From NCBI RefSeq assembly GCF_963506605.1, contig NC_083278.1, positions 75,206,001 through 75,270,000 on the forward strand: a DNA stretch of 64,000 bases, in the 5' to 3' direction. This document shows, one piece after another, positions 26,050 to 39,355 of this stretch. The notes under the pieces are model-generated. The model searched no databases. It had not been told where the DNA came from and saw nothing but the letters and a program-made list of their open reading frames with translations. Position 1 is the first letter of the stretch. Each line of letters begins with the position of its first letter. The translations under genes were made by a program, and so were the position numbers. This stretch comes from Zootoca vivipara (taxonomy: Eukaryota).

Positions 26050-26346
26050 GACTAGCGTGTAATATAATGTTCTGGCCTAGTAGCTTTTGTGGAAGACTTG
26101 GTTACAATGCTGTTCTGTTTACATTTGCTGTGTTTGCAGTAAATTTGTTTTGCTCTGAAACATTTGATGCTAGCCCAGGTTCATATTGTATTTAGTCTTG
26201 TCTATGTGTTGTCATTAATAGATTATAACAGTGAAAATAAAGGAAGTGAACTTTATGATATAGCTGCAAAACAATGAAAAATAACCACCCAACTTTTTTA
26301 AGTTAATTTTTTCATAAATGCTTAAGGATTCTTTCTCCTTTATTAG

Positions 26347-26543
26347 GGGAAGAGGCAAAAAAAGTTTATAATGATGCGCAGAATTTGCTGAAAACTTTGA
26401 TTACGCAAAACAGATTTAAAGCTAAAGGTCTGGTTGGATTCTGGCCAGCTCGGAGTGTTCAAGATGACATTTATTTATATGCCACAGAAGAGGAAGTGCA
26501 GTCTTCAGTACCAATAGCTAAATTCTGTGGGTTAAGGCAACAG
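26347..26543 (+). CDS. MTR: MTR exon 29, 197 bp
   Basis: attag|GG GAA...CAA CAG|gtaaga; EEAKKVYNDAQNLL...GFWPARSVQDDI...FCGLRQQ. Confidence 0.96.
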
Positions 26544-27297
26544 GTAAGATGTAAAACTCTTCTACTTAACATCAAAAGTATGTTGATTTGTGTGCCTGGA
26601 ATAGTTTTGGAGTTTGTATAATTAAGGTGTTCATTCAGGTAAACCAGAGGTTGACATATTCGGACCCAGTGGTAGAGATCTGGGTGATCTGCCAGGATAT
26701 CTGTAACAGTTTTTGACATCCAGTTTTCTAACAATAGCCATAACCAAAAAGCCCCCTGCTAAATTAGGTTACTGGAAAGGAGCACTTGGCAGGGGAAATC
26801 TGGAGCGGATTTTCATGTGAAAGGACTTGAGAGTTTGGTTCCTCGTTTTTGGTACTGATCACACATTCTTGGGCTGAATATGTGCTCGGAGGCACCCTTT
26901 TCTTTAATTCTTAGTGTATGTACACCTGCATGAGCCACTTTTTTGCACCTGCAGCTGATTGGTGAACCTTGGGGTTCTCAGTGTGTGTTTTCTTTGCTTT
27001 GGCTTGTAAGTTAAATATCTGTTTATAATTCTTTTCCATAAATATTTAACCACCGTTAAATTAACTTTTGAATTGTATATAGGATGATGAGTTTGTTATA
27101 GTTGATATAGCTGTAAGTGGTATATCAGTGTCTTTTGATATGTGTTCTATTTTAATTTTGGAAGAATTGCAAGTTTCTGTTTATCGTGCAGCCTTCTGGC
27201 ATTATGCACCATCTTAATATAACCTCATAAAAGTTTTCATGTATGTTTGAACATATTGGGGGGAGAAATACAACTAGACCTTCATTTGTTATTGCAG

Positions 27298-27498
27298 GCT
27301 GAGAAAGACTCTTCTTCTACAGATCCCTATTACTGCTTGTCTGATTTCATATCCCCTCTGGAGTCGGGTATACCTGACTATTTGGGTCTTTTCGCTGTGG
27401 CCTGCTTTGGAGTAGATGAGCTGTGCACGGAATATGAGAAGCAGTCCGACGATTATAATATCATAATGGTGAAAGCACTGGGAGATCGGTTAGCAGAG
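27298..27498 (+). CDS. MTR: MTR exon 30, 201 bp
   Basis: tgcag|GCT GAG...GCA GAG|gtaatt; [10 protein letters not shown]...DYLGLFAV...[12 protein letters not shown]. Confidence 0.97.
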
Positions 27499-28731
27499 GT
27501 AATTATACTTCTGTTAAGTTTCATGTAACAGTTTTCTAGGAGACTGAGATCCAGGTGAATTAATTGACAAGAGGGATTAAAGAGCTGGTGAGAGGTGTGT
27601 CCTAGTCCAGCCCCAAGCTGTGCTTTCTTTAAAGTAGATAGAATGGGGGGCTCCCAAGCGTTCTGGACTTCTGTCTGGCGAACAAGTAGAAAGAAAGGAT
27701 GCAGGTGAACAAATCCTCCAATTCCAAATCAGACATCAAATTTGCATTGGGATTTCCCCAACAAGGGGAACACAAGAAGGGCCTCTTCTTCATTATTATT
27801 GGTAGACCAATTAAGTTGGTAGCTTTTATTGCTCTGAGGAAACATTGCTATACCATAGTCATCCATAATTTTGTAAACTTGCAACATGAGCCGTCTTAGT
27901 TCTCCCTGTTTCTGAAACCTTTCGCCTTACAGCTTTTGCACACCTTGCCTTCCCTTCTAGTAATTTTGTGATTCCCTCTGGATTGTTACAATGACATTTA
28001 AAAAAAAAAAAATTTGAGCTGGCTGTGTTGTAAGAATTTTTTTTAAAAAAAAATGCCTGGATTTGAGCTTTTGTCTTAAGTTTTTCCTATTTTATTAATT
28101 TTGATTGAAGATTGTATTTTTAATTCATGTTTTTTCTAATTGAAAACAATGAAGCAAACATGATAAGCAATTTAAAACTGGTTTCATGGACAGAAAACAA
28201 CTAAATAAGTACATTTTCTTGAAGATTGTATTTTTTTGCAAGGGAATCATCAGACTGGCCACTTACATGCATCAGAAAGGGCAAAAAAGAGAGCATATTA
28301 TTCCAGAGTCACTATGGAGTCATATTTCTTATAAACAAAGTAATAAATAAAAGTATACCAATTGTCCTTGTTTCAGCAGGGTTTTGGAAAATCTAATTTG
28401 CTGAGGTAGTTTTTCTGTTATCATACTCTCCCAAATATATGAATACCAGGAGGCCAAAGGAGCAGGGTTTGTGCCTTTCCACAACTTAGCTCTTCTGAAT
28501 GTTTAAAGGATATGTTTAAAATGCAGAAATAATGGCCCAGCTTATTTTTATATGAACATTTCAGTATAAATAAGGAGATGTAGGAAAGAACCTGGTTTCT
28601 TCAAGGCTCTTGTCTGTAACGAATTGAAGTCATGGGTAAAGTATACTGAAACACATTTAAGTGATAGATAAAAATAAGTGTGTGTTAAGTGCTTGGATTC
28701 AGATTGCAACTTGCTTCTGCTTTGTTCCAAG

Positions 28732-28924
28732 GCATTTGCTGAGGAGCTGCATGAAAGGGTCCGGAAAGAATTTTGGGCTTACTCTGAGGGTGAACAGCTG
28801 GAATTTTCAGACCTGCGTAGGATCAGATATGAGGGGATTCGTCCTGCCCCTGGGTATCCCTGTCAACCTGACCACCTGGAAAAACTCACCATGTGGAAAC
28901 TTGCAAACATTGAGGAGGCAACAG
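28732..28924 (+). CDS. MTR: MTR exon 31, 193 bp
   Basis: ccaag|GCA TTT...ACA G|gtactt; [17 protein letters not shown]...[19 protein letters not shown] (AdoMet-binding region). Confidence 0.97.
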
Positions 28925-29119
28925 GTACTTTAGCTGAAGTCTGGTTTTAAACTTACTTTTTTGTTTTTGTTTTTAAATAACCTTTTACATTTTCTCTCCA
29001 ACACCTCCCTAAGTCTCCTCCTCCCCTGGGTCCTTCCCAAGCAATCTGTCACCATGTCTGTATTTACTCCATCCTCTTCTGGTTCTGGGAGACTTGGGGT
29101 GTGTGTTTGTGTGTGTGTG

Positions 29120-29665
29120 TGTGATAAGAATTAACTTCTACAGCACCACCTTGTTCGTACTCAGATGAGGGAACATTAAATAAAACACGAAACCGAGGAA
29201 GTAAACTCAAGCCCAGCATCCAGGAGGGACCCAGCATTTATTAAAACTGTTGCAATAGGACAGCCTTGCCAACCCACTGCTCTGCTGCTAGTTAGAAGGA
29301 CTCTCGCCTGGATTACAAACAGGTGGTGTTGAAGCGAATTCTTACCACAGAAGAGACCTGGTAGCAGCAGGACGGGGACCTTGGGGCGGCTTCAGTAGCC
29401 TGCCTCATCTCTGGCTCTTGACCCCTTCCTCTCCACCCTCTGCTTCTGCCTCTGGTCCTGGACTGCTCTCTGCCATGGACTCTCCCTCCTCACTAAACCC
29501 TGTTACCTCTTCAGCTTCCGACACCACCTCCTCCCAGTCCCAGTCTACCTCCCTCTGATCATTGTCATCCCACCACCTCTCCCCTGGCTCTGAGCCTTCT
29601 TCCCTTTGGGGGGTTCCCCACTTGGTGCCTTCCACCACTCCTTTGCATCCAGCCAGTCCATGACA
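29120..29665 (-). mobile_element. Possible solo LTR
   Basis: Minus strand begins TGTCA, carries AATAAA (tttatt ~29238) and could end TCACA; no TSD seen. Confidence 0.35.
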
Positions 29666-30112
29666 GTAGCTCATTCACAGAATATACTTTTTTTCTGTAA
29701 CCAGTAAGGTATAACCAAGTAATGTTGTAGAAGAATGCTGTGGGGCAGCCTCTCCCATTCTGCTGCCTCCCAGCTGTTTTGTACTACAACTCCATCAACC
29801 CCCAGCTAACAGACCACTGATCCATGGCCCTTAAATTGGGTTATTAGCATAAGTACCTATTTCCAAAGCAGTACCTCTTTAAGTGCTTGAAATGATTCAC
29901 GTTAATTATCTTGTTAACCCTCAGGTGAGGCACGTCAGTGTCGTAACATCCATATTATACATTGGGTAACATGGCAAGCGCTGTAGCTTGCCATGCTGTG
30001 AGTTCCTCGTCGAGGTGGAATTTGAATCAAAGCACACCACGCAGCTCATTCTCCAGCCACAACACACTCTTCTAAGTAATAAACCACAAATGTTTTCCAT
30101 TGACCCTTGCAG

Positions 30113-30225
30113 GTATTCAGCTGACAGAATCCTTAGCCATGCTACCTGCTTCAGCAGTGTCAGGTCTCTACTTTTCCAACCCTGAATCCAAGTACTTTGC
30201 TGTTGGGAAAATACTGAAAGATCAG
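30113..30225 (+). CDS. MTR: MTR exon 32, 113 bp
   Basis: tgcag|GT ATT...GAT CAG|gtaagg; [37 protein letters not shown]. Confidence 0.97.
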
Positions 30226-30859
30226 GTAAGGCCTGAGCACCTATAGCAGTTGTCTGACATCCTTTCCTGCCTTCCCAGTACTTTATATTTCAATCTGATA
30301 CGGGCCATTTCTTTTCAATGTGGATGCTGTAAAACCCACAAACTTTTTTGAAATTAGTTCTTAGATCTGTAAACAAGATCTTTCTGACATGAACTCCCTT
30401 AGACCTTTTGTGTCTTTAAAGATTTCTATCCCAAAAGAAGTATCACAAACACTTTTTTTAAAAGGCCCACACTCTCCAGCTCCTTAGCAGAAAAGGCTTT
30501 CAGAGTAACTTACATAAGATGAATAAAAAACCCCCCAAGATTGTTAAGCCGATGGGCGGGGACTGTCTAAAAGACACGGCAATCTAAAAGGCTTACTATG
30601 GTCTAAAAAAAGGGATGAGAAGAGAAGAAGAAACTCGCAAAATTACATAGCAATACTTATAAATACCATCTGGAATAGAAACTGTTCAGGGCATGGTGGA
30701 GCCAAGTGGATTTGGTCTCTTGGCAAAGCTGATGAGTTGCCCTGTATTCCATTTCAGCCTCTGCAGACACCCATTAAGCAGGACTGCACTCACACCAACT
30801 AGCCCTGAACCTGTTGTTTCACTGGAATAAACCAACAAACACATTTAAAGGGCCATAGA

Positions 30860-31100
30860 TTGCTTAATGAGCCAACGTCCTGGTTACAGAGAAACATTTT
30901 TTTTCCTGGCACCTAAAGATATGTAATGAAGGCACCAGGGAACCTTCCCTGGGGAGAGCATTCCACAGACGGAATGCCACTGCAGAATAGGCTGTTGTTG
31001 TGCTGCCACCCTCTGCAGAGAGACCTCTCATGGAGGAGGCACACAAAGAAGGGCCTCAGATGATGGTTGCAGAGTCCAAGTCAGTTTATTTGGGGAGAAG
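30860..31100 (-). mobile_element. Degraded L2 LINE 3' fragment
   Basis: AYSAVAFRLWNALP-like translation, homologous to the L2 copy at 52782-53275. Confidence 0.6.
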
Positions 31101-31390
31101 CAGATACATTGGGTTAATTTTTTAAATGTCCAATTTGGATCTGCAGTTTTTGACATTCTAATTCGAACATTTTTGTGTTTGATGCAGTAGTTTGGAAGTC
31201 TAGGTTTTTGTCTTGTTTTTATACTTTATATGTAGAAATGCATTTTTTTAAAAATAAATAAATAAAAAGGATCAAAGTGTACGGAGCAGAGGTGGTTAGA
31301 CTTAATTTTCCAGATACTTCGATTGCACGGAGAGGTTGAAGCCTTAGCTGTTAAAATGCTAAATTAGCCCTCTCTTGGTTCATTCTGCAG

Positions 31391-31477
31391 GTTGAAGATT
31401 ATGCCTTAAGGAAAAGCATGCCTGTGGCAGATGTGGAAAAATGGCTGGGGCCCATTCTTGGATATGATCCAGAATAA
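31391..31477 (+). CDS. MTR: MTR last coding exon (33), 87 bp including TAA stop
   Basis: ctgcag|GTT GAA...CCA GAA TAA; [28 protein letters not shown]. Confidence 0.97.
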   Translation, partial: VEDYALRKSMPVADVEKWLGPILGYDPE

Positions 31478-31939
31478 CTGTATGTGCATTGAGGGTGGGG
31501 ATGTGATAGGGCCTTTGTCTTGAAAGATATGAATGAGAAGAAAAGGCAAAGCTCAGGACTCACGCACAAGAAACAGGTACCATATGGAGGCAACATCCCT
31601 GCCCCCAACAAGCTACAGTGTCTGCCACAGCAAAAGCTAAAAAAATGTTGGCTGTGGAGTAAACCTTAGTTTTGGTCACCATAGAAAGTCAATTAAAATG
31701 GCCAACATGTACATTTAATGTACAGATACAGATACAGGTTCCTATGTATCATGTCTATGTATCATGTTTCTAATTAAAAGGTCCTCCCACTTCATTTTTG
31801 GAGCCCGATGTAAAAGAGATGAATATGTACATGAAATGCTCCTGACTTGCTAAGATTTGGGGCTTTTAATCAGAAAAGTTTAGTCTTCAAATGTGCTGTT
31901 AGAGGAACACTAATGAAACGCTACACAGAGCCCATAACC

Positions 31940-32075
31940 CAGGCATCCCCAAACTTCGGCCCTCCAGATGTTTTGGACTACAATTCCCATCATCCCTGAC
32001 CACTGGTCCTCTTAGCTAGGGATCATGGGAGTTGTAGGCCAAAACATCTGGAGGGCCGCAGTTTGGGGATGCCTG
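31940..32075. mobile_element. Hairpin hAT MITE (136 bp) in the putative MTR 3' UTR
   Basis: caggcatccccaaact...agtttggggatgcctg; perfect 8-bp TSD CCATAACC. Confidence 0.92.
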
Positions 32076-34122
32076 CCATAACCCATAATTATCTCCCTGT
32101 GTGAATATTGTTATTGGGTTGAGCACAGCCATTATTATTTATTTCTAGCCATAAAAAATTATGTCAAGACAAATAGTTGCACTGATATGTCCCACTGCCC
32201 AGGGATATGAATATAATCACAGGACACTGATCCTTGATTGGACTGTGTGTATATATAAAATGGCAAATAGTCAGAAATCTGACAGATTGTAAGTGCCTTG
32301 ATTCTGATTTCCACGGTAATTTCTCTTTTCAGCCTTTGTCTTTCTAAATAAGCTTACCCGATTGTTCACTGTAGCTCAACTATTTGGTAGACTCAGGAAA
32401 ATCATGTAATTCTTTGAATTTTTAAATTTCTACTTATATTCACGGGTAGTTAAGGTTTCTGTTCTGTTACTACTGGGGAAAGTCTCTTTGCCTGTCTTTT
32501 TTGTTATATACCAACATTTGCCACAGTATTAGGCTCTAAGAAGTCTTTAGGCGTTTACTTCTTAAAGTGTGGCAGCACACTAGCTTAACCTGCTGCCAGA
32601 TTTCAAGTCTGTCGCTTGAAATCTCCACTGAAATTCCCCACTCAGTTGCGTTTTTGAAGACCTGTGCGATTCTTTGAATTTTCCCAGTTCGGGAAATTAG
32701 ACTTCCACAATATAATTTCATGCATTTTATCTTGTAGCATGAGAATAGCACTCTTATTCAAAGAAGCATAAGTATAATTTATAAACAGGTTTTGATAGGT
32801 TCTGCTCAGGGCCTCGATAAAGTGAAAGTAAATAGTTTACATTTCTGAAGCTACAAAGAAGCATCTCATTTTGTTATACTTGACAAGATCCTGTCCCAGG
32901 ACCAATAGATTAGAACTGACTCCAGAAAACAAGGTAAAAACTGGACTAAGTTTGACATTCTTGAAAGGTCAAATGTATCCTTTCAATAACAGTTGAAATG
33001 TGATGGACAATTCATAACAGGTTGTTCTTGATGAGTGCACATATGGATATGTCCCCAGTGGTTCAGACTGCCAGTCAGTGTGTGATGTGCTGAGCTGAAA
33101 TAAGTGTATTCAGTGCTGCTTGAGGAAAAGTTGTTTGAGTACCCTGGTTCCATTATCCAAGTGTCATAGAAGCTGCTGCAGCATGGCTTCTTTCCATACT
33201 CCTTGAATAACTTAGATAGCCCCAAGGCTTTTAGCCCTCCGGGTGCTACTGCATTAAAACTTCTATTGTCTCTGACCATTGGTCATACTGTTTGGGATAG
33301 ACGGGAGTTGCAATTCAACAACATCTGGAGGACTAGGATGTTCCTCGCCGCTGCACTAGAGCATTGCCCCTGTTTCCATGCTGGAATGGAAAGCTGTGTT
33401 ACTGTGATTCCCCTCCCCCCCCATGATCTTGGGCTTCTGATGTTGCCCAAAGCACTTGGGTAAAATCAAAATGCAGCAGGTGATCCCCTTTACGAAATCC
33501 TTGCCTATAACATGACTGAGAGTCAGATAAGGCTATCTGGAAGGCAATTTCACAGAGGAAACAGAAATATATCTTGGGGTGGATTTATTTTGACTACAGA
33601 AGGACAAGTTCACAAAAGGATCAATGTTATACTAACTGCATAGAGAAGACAGTGATGTGGTTTGCACACCGTTGTCACATTAAGCCAAAACATGGCTTAG
33701 GGCAAATACACAGGCTTCCAAAGAAGATAATTAGGCCATTTTTCTTGTCCTCAGTAGTCCTGCAACTGCACACTGAGCTACACCATCATTTGCCTTAGTG
33801 TGTCAGGGGATCATAGTTTTGCTCTCCTGGACCAATCACTAGCCATAAACTATTAAGACAAATCTGGATTTGGACAACATGCCAAACCATGACTTAGCTC
33901 AATGGAGCAGCCGAATGGCAGAGACGTAAGCCACAATGATCTAATCTAATGCTTGTGTGTTCACACTAAGCCATAGTCTGGCTCTTTGACATGTGAACCA
34001 GGCCTATGAATGGAAAATCTGCTGCTTGCTTCCTGAAAGTGTGTTTTTCAGCTACCTAGTCCAGCAAAGCTGCCTTTAGGCGTTGATGCATCTGCAATGA
34101 AACTTGCTTAGCAGCTGATGTC

Positions 34123-34329
34123 AATAAAAACAAGAACTTTGATTATTAAACTGCCAAACAATAGAACAGATTCAGAGCATTGTGAAGTGCAGCAGGAAAT
34201 ATGAAAATGGATGTTTAAATAGTCAAATCTTGTGTGCGTGCTTTATGTAACGGTACATTCTTCTGACTTGCATAATGTTTTGTATTATAAATGCATATTG
34301 AAACTGAGTTTCAAAAGTTTGCCATTAAA
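34123..34329 (+). promoter_or_regulatory. Candidate distal polyadenylation signals of MTR (AATAAA 34123-34128; ATTAAA 34324-34329)
   Basis: The ATTAAA is followed ~30 nt downstream by a T/GT-rich tract (ttttgtttctctttt). This would imply a ~2.9 kb 3' UTR. ATTAAA hexamers closer to the stop codon also exist. Confidence 0.4.
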
Positions 34330-35051
34330 TTTTGATTCAGTCAAAGATAGCCTTGTCCATTTTTGTTTCTCTTTTATTAAATGAATGTAAGTAGAGCCAC
34401 AATCTTCAGGGATAAGACTGAAAGAAAAAGCAACAAGAGTTATTTATGATGGATGGAGGTGGGGGTGGCTGGAATTCCAGCCTCAACTTCCAAAAGAAAC
34501 TGTATCATTGCCAGTCATTGCTTCTAATCAACCCATGGAGCTTCTGGCTGTGAGCTCCCTTTGGTCTTAGGCCTGCCAAAGATTCCCACTCTGACTCAGG
34601 GACATCTTCCAAGAGGTGAGTACTGTAATCTGGGTGAATGGTGGTATATATGTATATTTAATTGTTGTTAATACCGAAGTGTTACTCCAAACTTCCTTCC
34701 AAATGCCTTTAGCGTCAGGGTCAGCAAAGGACTAATCCTTGCTCCTTTGGTTCTTTAGGTCCCCTTCTAGATCTCAAGAATCTTTAAGAACTCAAAAGCC
34801 CTTCTGTTTAGAGAAAAGGCTGCATCCCTTGTCCTTTCAATAGGTATTTCCATCACCGACCAATGCAGCGCTCCAACTTGGCCCAGCCCTTCCACCATAA
34901 AGATAAGATATCTTTATTGTCATTGTCCCCTTGCGGGAACAACGAAATTACTTGGTTGCTACATCCACTCAGATAAAGCATTCCGCATAATCCAAAATTA
35001 CAAAACCTAATTAAAAACAGTAAATATAAAGTATTGTGCATTGGTTGTGCA

Positions 35052-35423
35052 AGGTAAAGGACCCCTGGACAGTTAAGTCCAGTCAAAGGCGACTCGGGTT
35101 GCGGCGCTCATCTCGCTTTCAGGCCGAGGGAGCCGGCATTTGTCCACAGACAGCTTTCTGGGTCATGTGGCCAGCATGCCTAAACCGCTTCTGGCACAAC
35201 GGGACACCGTGAGAGAAATAGAGCGCACGGAAATGCCGTTTACCTTCCCACTGCAGTGGTACCTATTTATCTACTTGCACTGGCATGCTTTCGAACTGCT
35301 AGGTTGGCAGGAGCTGGACAGAGCAATGGGAACTCACCCCGTCGTGGGAATTGGAACTGCCAACCTTCCGATCGGCAAGCCCAAGGGGCTCAGTGTTTAG
35401 ACCACAGCGCCACACACATCCCT
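35052..35423 (-). mobile_element. Sauria SINE, near full length
   Basis: Reverse complement has a gtggcgctgtggtctaaac head and ends in an ACCTT-type tail; 12-bp TSD ATTGGTTGTGCA (35040-35051, 35424-35435). Confidence 0.88.
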
Positions 35424-36034
35424 ATTGGTTGTGCACACAAGGGCTGGCATTTGGCAGAGTCTTCCACTTTCTGTTTTCCTAAGTACAGTTGCATTTACCA
35501 AGTCATGCATACGTGGGACTACACAGAAGCCTCAAAGAAAAATAGCAGGTTGCTTCCATGTAACTGATGTTCTTCAAGAGATCATCTATGGAGTCGCACA
35601 AGCTGAAGTTGGTTCTGTAGACAGATATTTTGATATTTTGAGATCTTTTATTCAGTGTCATTGCACATGAAGATTGCACAGTAACTTCAGTTACCTGAAT
35701 TATTTCAAGGAATTATCAAGGACCACCAAGTCCTAATGTGGGTTTGAAGAGAAAAATGCTTATTCACAGACCTAAAATTTGAATGTGTAATTGCTTTGTG
35801 GTTTGAGTAAGCAATTGCTTGGAACAGCTTGGGTGAGGATCCATAAAGATTTTAGAAAGTGGTTTCTTGGGGACAAACCATAAAGGACTTAGAAGGTAGT
35901 TTAAAGTAAGGTTACCTGAGGGGGGGATGTAATTATATTGAGGCAGAGGCTAGAGGAAAGTTTATTTTGAAGGGAGAGATTTGCCAATTGTGTTACTGAG
36001 CTAAATTTGATCCTATAGTTTGCATTGCCTGCAT

Positions 36035-36600
36035 TGTATAATTCTGAGTGTATGGCTTATCCCTCCCCCCCAAATATTCCGGGGATGCTCTCAGTGCCTC
36101 TGCGTCTCTGTACCAAAGAAGGCCAAAGTGCAATGAAAATATTCAACAGTGAGACAGCTTGCTATCAAGGCCGAATAAGCTGGCCTTGTCTGGAACACAG
36201 AATGAGGGGCAGAGAGAGGCTTATTATCAGCAGATGCACTTCCAGCCTGACGCTGGAAGTTGCTAGCTTGATGCGTAGATTAGCCTTACTGAAGGCTTTG
36301 TTGAGTCAGCATGTGTTTGCAAGAAGGACCGGACACAGGAAGATCCATATATGTATTTGTAACCTATGACCCTCTTGCGTGCACACTCTTACAGAGGAGG
36401 GAGAGAAGGAGCCCAAAAAGTGTATAAGCATCTTTGCAAATTTGTCTTTCTTTACTCTTGTCGTGAAATATAGATCACCAAGAGTCTCTCTAATTAGAGA
36501 TTAAAGTCTTTCTCTGGATTCAACCCTCTGAGTCGTTATTGACCGTCTTTGTCCCTGCCTGGGCGCAACTTAAGGACCCTTATGAGCTAATAAGGCTACA
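36035..36600 (+). mobile_element. Possible ERV/LTR-retrotransposon solo LTR
   Basis: TGT...ACA ends, TATA-like gtataa ~36422 followed by ATTAAA ~36500; no clear TSD. Confidence 0.35.
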
Positions 36601-37903
36601 TTTCCAAGGCTAAAATTTGTAGACGTAGAGCAGTACAATTTTCCCACCACAGTATGACTGAGCATTTTCAGGGAGCAAAGGAAAGGATGGTGAGCCCATC
36701 AACACAGCATGCCATATTTGGCTCATGGCAGTTGATAAATTGATCCGGTACTGAGTTAGGTATTAGCATATATCTAACCCCATGAGAAACAAGTAGTCTC
36801 ATTCTGATAAGGGCAGCCAGGGTACACCCAGGTTTGCTTTCTCTGTTGGGCTTTGAAAGAATCTGCACTCATGGGCTTTGTGTTGCCTGCAGGTTGAATG
36901 TTCAAGGGCATTCACAGAGTGCCAGCTGAAGTGAGTCCTTTGGTGTGGCTGCAAAGATTACCACAAAGCATCACTTAGAGGTTTTCCCTTCCCACATTTC
37001 TCTCTCCCCTAGGTAACTTTAATTACAGGGTTTTGCCCTTGCAAGTCCACCACTAGTTCCTTCCTGCTGCCCTTGGGTAACCCTGTTTCTTGGGGGAAGC
37101 ACATGTGCCTGGCAAGTGGCAATGATGTCTTACTTCCTGGGGATCAGGAGGTTCGCCCACTTCCTTGATCATCCTGCTAGCTGGTTGCCACTGCAGCCTC
37201 CCACTCCTCTTGAGACTTCCCTGGTGCTTTCTTTTCACATGCTTGCTGGCTTGTGAATGCTTTATGCCATTAAGCTGGATTTCAGTGTGTCTTGTACAAA
37301 CCTCTGCGATGGCCTGTCGGTGTTTATCTCCCTGCGAATTAAACCAAAATTCCTCTCCATGTGTGCTTTAATACAGGAAATGATTCATTTCAGCAGACTC
37401 CATGTGCAGTATCTGTTGGATACCGCATTGCTAATGCTGAAGTTTGTTTTGAGCTGCAAAGTACTTGAGCCTAATGCTGCTATTCAGTGTTTTTTTTAAA
37501 AAAAAAGCATGAACCTGATCTAGCCGACACCCTTTATGCACTTATGTGTTAGTTGTGACCTTGCAATAAAATCCATCAGCTAATTTAGTGCTGAGGCTGG
37601 TTGGCAGCAAGCACTGAGATAGATGTCTCATTGATCACGGGGCTCATTTAACAAACTGCCCTTTAGATACATGTTGGTACAAATTGTACTCTAGTTATTA
37701 TAAATTACGCTGCCTTTTTACTAGCACTTTTCAGGACTGCTTGTGCTAAGTGGTTTGGAATTCAAGATATAACTTGTCTCAAAGGTCTAGTTTTGAATTA
37801 GGTGGTACACCAATGTCTGGACTGGACTGCCTCAGACTACAAGTTGAGATGCACATAATTCAATGCACTTCCCCTTTAAAAAAATCCCCCAGATGCTGTA
37901 GGG

Positions 37904-38335
37904 CAGGTGTCCCCAAACTAAGGGCCGGGGGCCAGATGCGGCCCAACCGCCTTCTAAATCCGGCCCACAGATTACTGTAAAATTACTGTAACACTGCCTC
38001 TCTGTCACCCTGACAACTGCACAAGCCTGGCTAGAGCAGAGAAAGTATTGCATGGCCTACCCTGACCTGTTGTTTTGCTGAGACCCCCTACAGCAGGGGT
38101 CCCCAAACTAAGGCCCGGGGGCCAGATGCAGCCCAATCGCCTTCTAAATCCAGCCCGCGGACAGTATGTTTTCATATGAGAAGAATGTGTCCTTTTGTTT
38201 AAAATGCATCTCTGGGTTATTTGTGGGGCATAGGAATTCATTCATTTTTTTTAAAAAAAAAAATATAGTCCAGCCCCCCACAAGGTCTGAGAGACAGTGG
38301 ACCAGCCCCCTGTTGAAAATTTTTTCTGATCCCTG
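37904..38335 (+). mobile_element. Compound hAT MITE: left-end fragment (37904-37970) plus full copy (38094-38335)
   Basis: Same family as 60532-60780; CTGTAGGG direct repeat flanks the whole unit. Confidence 0.8.
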
Positions 38336-39355
38336 CTGTAGGGGCTCTGTATGAGAACCTTTCTCCCTGACTATTTTATTTTGTTATCTGTGGGAACTCT
38401 TGCTTGTTGGGAGGATTATTGACTCATATAACCCCCCCCCCCACCTGCAGTCTGAACTGGTAGAGCCCAGGGACAGCTTTACAGGTTTAATGAGAACTAA
38501 TCCTAAAGTGGCAGGCTTTTAAATCCTATAAAAGTCTTTGCAACCATTATTCTGTTCTAGATAGGTTTAGTTCCATCATAGGCCACACAAGTCCGCCCCC
38601 CCCCCCCCGCCTTGTATTTCTCGCAGTGGAGGATGGTTGTCAGAAACATTGGCTTTGCGTTTGGATAACCTGCATAAAAGATCATAGCTCCAAAGGGCAC
38701 TTGTCCAAGCCTCATACATCCAAGGGCTAAGACTGACTTAACCACTCTTTTTGCCCTTAGGTCAAAGTTACAATATTGTTGCACACCATCCCAAACTCTG
38801 AGCTGTATGAGATTTCAGGGGTTCCAAGTGCTTACTCAGGGTTCATGTTTCCTTCAGAATGAGGCATGGTGAAGACTGCGGTGTCTTTATCCTTTATGGT
38901 TTATTTACACATATATACAACCTGAGCCTACGATGGAGGACTTTACAGCATTAACACCCCAAGAGGTTCTTGCATCCCCCAGAGCTGCAGCCTTGGAGTC
39001 AAGCAGAAATAAAACATCGCTCTATATTCCCAGCTTGTTGCTTTGCTTCAAGCTCACGTCATTCAAAAAACTCTGCTCTCCGCTTTGTCTTTCTAATTAC
39101 CCGTGATTTGCGGGAAGGGGCCCCACCCATTTGCTATCTCATACAGAGCCTCTTCCTTTGTTCCTTTATGACCCATTGCCTCACTAGGAAGCTAGCCTGG
39201 CTATTCCAAGAATTAGAAGAAAACCCAGGCATTCAGGCTAACCCTCCCCCAAAGCTGATAACAATATATTAGGAAAGCCACAGGGGTTTGGACTGCAATC
39301 CTGTACAAACCCACCCATGCTGTTTAGTATTGATAGGAAGACATATGAAGAGTTA

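Noticed and set aside
38846-39263. Possible minus-strand solo LTR (TGT...ACA ends, AATAAA)
   Set aside because: No TSD or second copy could be confirmed by eye; too weak to list as a feature.
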